From Megasphaera elsdenii DSM 20460 (GTDB lineage: Bacteria; Bacillota; Negativicutes; Veillonellales; Megasphaeraceae): 32,000 nucleotides of DNA. Location: contig NZ_CP027570.1 of assembly GCF_003010495.1 (NCBI RefSeq), positions 1,050,001-1,082,000 on the forward strand, given 5' to 3'. A model generated the notes under the pieces. That model did no database searches. It worked only from the letters and a program-made list of their open reading frames with translations, and had not been told where the DNA came from. Shown here piece by piece: positions 29,308 to 32,000 of the stretch. The position numbers were made by a program, and so were the translations under genes. Positions within the stretch are counted from its first letter, which is position 1; each line of letters begins with the position of its first letter.

Positions 29308-29487
29308 TATTTCTCACCTTCCTTTCTAAATATATATTACTTCATCAAAATTATTATAGAACTATTTTTACTAAAAATCTATTGTGTTTTATTGAAAGGA
29401 GGGGAGGTGCGGCTCCTCTCATGACTAAAGTCACGAGTCTCCACCGCACCATGAAGATGAACAAGTATTCTTCATTTTTAGTGTCAT

Positions 29488-29516
29488 TCGCGAATCCTTG
29501 GCAATCATGGTACAAT
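29488..29516 (+). promoter_or_regulatory. Candidate cobT promoter (extended -10)
   Basis: TGgTACAAT at 29508-29516 with a weak -35 ttcgcg 17 nt upstream. Confidence 0.35.
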
Positions 29517-29548
29517 AGAATCGATTCAGACGAGGAAAGAGGGAGGGT

Positions 29549-30610
29549 ATGACTGTGAGTTATGAAAATTACCGGCGCCAGGCCCTGCACCAGATCGACA
29601 ATCTGGCTAAGCCGCCGGGCAGCCTGGGACTTTTGGAAAAGCAGGCCAAGCAGATTTTACTGGCCTGGGGGACTTTTCATCGGGAACTGCGGCCCAAACA
29701 CATCATTTTTGCCGCCGACAATGGCGTTGTCCAAGCCGGTGTCGTCGCTCAGTTAGCGGATATAACCTATATGCAGAGCTGCCATATGGTCCAAGGAACG
29801 TCGGCTGTGACCTGTTTTTGCCGTAGCCAGGACATTCCTTATGAAGTCGTCGATGTCGGTATCGACAGTGCCGATGCCGTCGGCTTAGACCGTAAAATCG
29901 CCAGGGGAACGAAAAATTTCGCCGTCGAACCGGCTATGAGCCGGGAACAACTGGTACAAGCCATGGCGACGGGACGCGAACGGGTACAGGCAGCTGCCAA
30001 AGAGGGAATCAATCTCCTGTCGTTTGGCGAAATGGGCATTGGCAATACGACGACGTCAGCAGCTGTTCTCACCGCCTTGTCTCCGAAAAAGATGTCCTGG
30101 CTGACCGGTTTTGGTTCGGCCCGGGGTAATTATAAACTGCTCTTCCACAAGCGGCGCGTCATTGCTGCAGCTATCAAAGCCTATGAAAAAGAACTCCAGA
30201 CACCGGCCGATGCCCTGCGCTGCGTCGGCGGCTTTGATTTGGCGTCACTCTGCGGTGCTATGATGGCCTGTGTTGATGAAAAAATACCTTTTTATATCGA
30301 CGGCTTCATTACGGCGACGGCCCTGGCCTGTGCCATTGCCATGAAACCTGCCGTCCGCGATTATGCCTTGCCGTCCCATATTTCCCGGGAGCCCGGCATG
30401 GCTCAGGCCCTGCGCCTGTGCGGCATCGATGAATACGAAGTCCCCATCCAGGCGGGCCTCTCATTGGGGGAAGGGACAGGGGCCGTCTTAGGCGTCACTC
30501 TCATGAAGACTATGATGTATGCCGTCTGTCACATGGCGACCCTGGACGGCATCAACCAGGAAGCTCAGGACCGCTACGACCGCCGAAAAGGAGATGAAAC
30601 GAATGGATGA
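29549..30610 (+). CDS. cobT: Nicotinate-nucleotide--dimethylbenzimidazole phosphoribosyltransferase
   Basis: 353 aa. LAKPPGSLGLLE, FAADNGV and GEMGIGNTT are CobT signatures. Confidence 0.9.
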   Translation: MTVSYENYRRQALHQIDNLAKPPGSLGLLEKQAKQILLAWGTFHRELRPKHIIFAADNGVVQAGVVAQLADITYMQSCHMVQGTSAVTCFCRSQDIPYEVVDVGIDSADAVGLDRKIARGTKNFAVEPAMSREQLVQAMATGRERVQAAAKEGINLLSFGEMGIGNTTTSAAVLTALSPKKMSWLTGFGSARGNYKLLFHKRRVIAAAIKAYEKELQTPADALRCVGGFDLASLCGAMMACVDEKIPFYIDGFITATALACAIAMKPAVRDYALPSHISREPGMAQALRLCGIDEYEVPIQAGLSLGEGTGAVLGVTLMKTMMYAVCHMATLDGINQEAQDRYDRRKGDETNG

Positions 30611-30797
30611 AGAAACGAGAGAAAAAGCCCGGGCCATCTTTGAACGCCTGGGACTGACAGAAGAACAAGCGGTAGAACTCTTTTATAAGCGGACCATTGC
30701 CGCCGGAAAAATGCCCTTTGCCGCAGGCGAACCGGAAGCCAAGAAAATCAAGAAGAAACGCATGAACGAACGCTTCGCCGAATGGGATGCTTTTTGA
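30603..30797 (+). CDS. Small DinJ/RelB-antitoxin-like protein (64 aa), translationally coupled to cobT
   Basis: ATG 30603 overlaps the cobT stop (ATGGATGA), with RBS aaaggaga 8 nt upstream. REKARAIFERLGLTEEQAVELFYKRTIAAGKMPF resembles the DinJ/RelB helical core. Confidence 0.5.
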   Translation: MDEETREKARAIFERLGLTEEQAVELFYKRTIAAGKMPFAAGEPEAKKIKKKRMNERFAEWDAF

Positions 30798-30798
30798 C

Positions 30799-30958
30799 GG
30801 ACCGCAGAAGCTCAATTCGTGCAGTCATCTTCGCTTGTCTTTGCCGGGCTGGCTGCGTCGAAAAGCCTCGACAGAGCCCCGCTATGCCTGCGTTTTTCTC
30901 CTTGCCAGCCTGACAAATCCGGCGCGGATCTGACCGCGTCATTGAGCTCCTGAGGTCC
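30799..30958. other. 160-nt element bounded by 18-nt inverted repeats with nested internal stems (MITE-like or structured RNA)
   Basis: ggaccgcagaagctcaat pairs with attgagctcctgaggtcc at 16/18. Internal pairs: gccgg/ccggc, gctggc/gccagc, gtcga/tcgac, cgcgg/ccgcg. Confidence 0.5.
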
Positions 30959-30962
30959 GAAA

Positions 30963-31012
30963 GGCTCTCCTGCGAAGGGGAGCTGGCCGCCGAAGGCGGA
31001 CTGAGGGGTTCT
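30963..31012 (+). repeat. Double-hairpin ~50-nt motif, copy 2
   Basis: ggctctcc-tgcgaa-ggggagc, then tgg ccgcc-gaa-ggcgg actgaggggttct. Confidence 0.75.
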
Positions 31013-31059
31013 TGAATGTACGAACCGCTTTTAATTATTTTTACGAAAGAAGGGATTTT

Positions 31060-32000
31060 ATGAAGTATCCATTATTGCATGAAACGCTGAAAGTTGGCTC
31101 CATTGTTTTAAAGAACCGCCTGGTCATGCCGCCGATGGCGACGGAAAAGTCGGCGAAAGGCCAGGTAACGGATGGCCTGATTGCCTATTATGGCGACATG
31201 GCCCGCAGCGGCCCGGGGCTGATCATCCAGGAACACAGTTTCGTTTCGCCTGACGGCCGGGCCAGTGCCAACCAGGTGTCGCTGGCGGCTGATGCGGATA
31301 TTCCCGGTCTGCAGCGCCTGACGGCGGCTGTCCATGCGCAGGGCGTGCCGATTCTGGCACAGATCAGCCATGCCGGCAGTGCAGCCCATCGGGCTATTAC
31401 CGGCCAGGAAGTCATCAGTGCCAGTGCTGTTCCCAATCCGTCACGGGCCGCTGCGGTCCACGGTCAGCCAGAATTTCCCCGGGAAATGACGCAAGGCGAT
31501 ATCCAGTGCATCATCCAGGCCTTTGTCGATGCCGCTGCCCGGGCACAGCAGGCCGGTTACGATGGCGTGGAAATCCATTCAGCCCATGGCTATCTGCTGG
31601 ACCAGTTCTATTCGCCGTTGACGAATCGGCGGACCGATGATTATACGGGCCGTACCCTGGAAGGGCGGACGCGGCTTCAGGTTGAAATCATTCAGGCTAT
31701 CCGCCGTCGCCTGGGGAAAGATTTTGTCCTTTCCCTGCGCTTAGGCGGCAGTGATTACATGGATGGCGGCGCTGTCTGTGCAGAAGTCGGCCAAGCCGCG
31801 AAGCTTTTTGAAGCTGCCGGCCTCGATATGCTCAGCCTTTCTGGCGGCATGAGCTTCTTCTTCCGTCCAGGTCATACGGAAGCGGGATACTTTGCCGAAC
31901 TGGCAGAAGCGGCTAAAACGGGGACGACCCTTCCCGTCATGCTGACTGGCGGCATTGCTGACGGCGCTGAAGCGGAAACCTTCCTGGAAAAAGGCCAGGC
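31060..32000 (+). CDS. NADH:flavin oxidoreductase, Old Yellow Enzyme family (5' part, runs out of the window)
   Basis: Hand translation from ATG 31060: MKYPLLHETLKVGSIVLKNRLVMPPMAT...AQISHAGS...GYDGVEIHSAHGYLLDQFYSPLTNRRTDDYTG. No stop before 32000. Confidence 0.85.
   Translation, partial: MKYPLLHETLKVGSIVLKNRLVMPPMATEKSAKGQVTDGLIAYYGDMARSGPGLIIQEHSFVSPDGRASANQVSLAADADIPGLQRLTAAVHAQGVPILAQISHAGSAAHRAITGQEVISASAVPNPSRAAAVHGQPEFPREMTQGDIQCIIQAFVDAAARAQQAGYDGVEIHSAHGYLLDQFYSPLTNRRTDDYTGRTLEGRTRLQVEIIQAIRRRLGKDFVLSLRLGGSDYMDGGAVCAEVGQAAKLFEAAGLDMLSLSGGMSFFFRPGHTEAGYFAELAEAAKTGTTLPVMLTGGIADGAEAETFLEKGQ

Larger units (their letters stand above)
27945..29470 (-). mobile_element. tnpA-less IS200/IS605-family (IS1341-like) TnpB element, approximate ends
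   Basis: tnpB ORF plus subterminal hairpins sharing the core GACTTTAGTC: RE cccgactttagtcggg (27961-27976) and LE ggtgcgg...ctcgtgactttagtcatgag...ccgcacc (29406-29450). AT-richer than the flanks. Confidence 0.75.

Noticed and set aside
29308-29548. Structured region upstream of cobT as a cobalamin riboswitch.
   Set aside because: I could find no B12-box-like core. The hairpins are on the tnpB side and share the GACTTTAGTC core with the other end of the TnpB element, so they are explained as the IS left end. Only ~80 nt remain for the cobT promoter.

Overview
This 32-kb chromosomal window looks like a moderately GC-rich anaerobic Firmicute. My guess is Negativicutes, Megasphaera-like, which cannot be verified here.

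Gene content, left to right:
- The 3' end of a LarC-family gene.
- A six-tRNA operon (Gly-Asn-Gln-Lys-Glu-Val).
- pta, followed by a class-C-like group II intron inserted exactly after the pta terminator. The intron has an RT/maturase ORF, a CGC-type domain V and a bulged-A domain VI.
- A small membrane protein and an FAD-dependent protein.
- A histidine kinase / OmpR-type regulator pair and a PepSY-like membrane protein.
- selD, which is itself a selenoprotein gene. Its in-frame TGA at codon 17 made the ORF track truncate it.
- An ~8.4-kb visibly AT-richer island. It holds a LysR regulator, two LysR-box promoters, a 2-hydroxyacid dehydrogenase present as two near-identical 1.03-kb copies, DASS and MFS acid transporters, an HxH amidohydrolase and an RraA-fold protein.
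- purB.
- A NifS-like gene and a tightly coupled trx-TSCPD-DUF3343-selB-selA operon.
- A LacI-type regulator.
- A tnpA-less TnpB (IS200/IS605-type) element with a predicted omega RNA.
- cobT with a translationally coupled small DinJ-like ORF.
- The start of an Old-Yellow-Enzyme-type flavin oxidoreductase.

The least explained signal is a dispersed intergenic repeat family built from tandem arrays with a strict 7-nt period. The unit sequence differs from locus to locus. The arrays are attached either to GC hairpins carrying CTGTAGGGG / CCCCTACAG, or arranged as imperfect palindromes around a TTAAATTTAAAACC-like A/T core. The family occupies at least nine host intergenic sites and is absent from the AT-rich island and the TnpB element.

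All coordinates, hairpins and motif calls come from reading the sequence by eye. No searches or computations were run.
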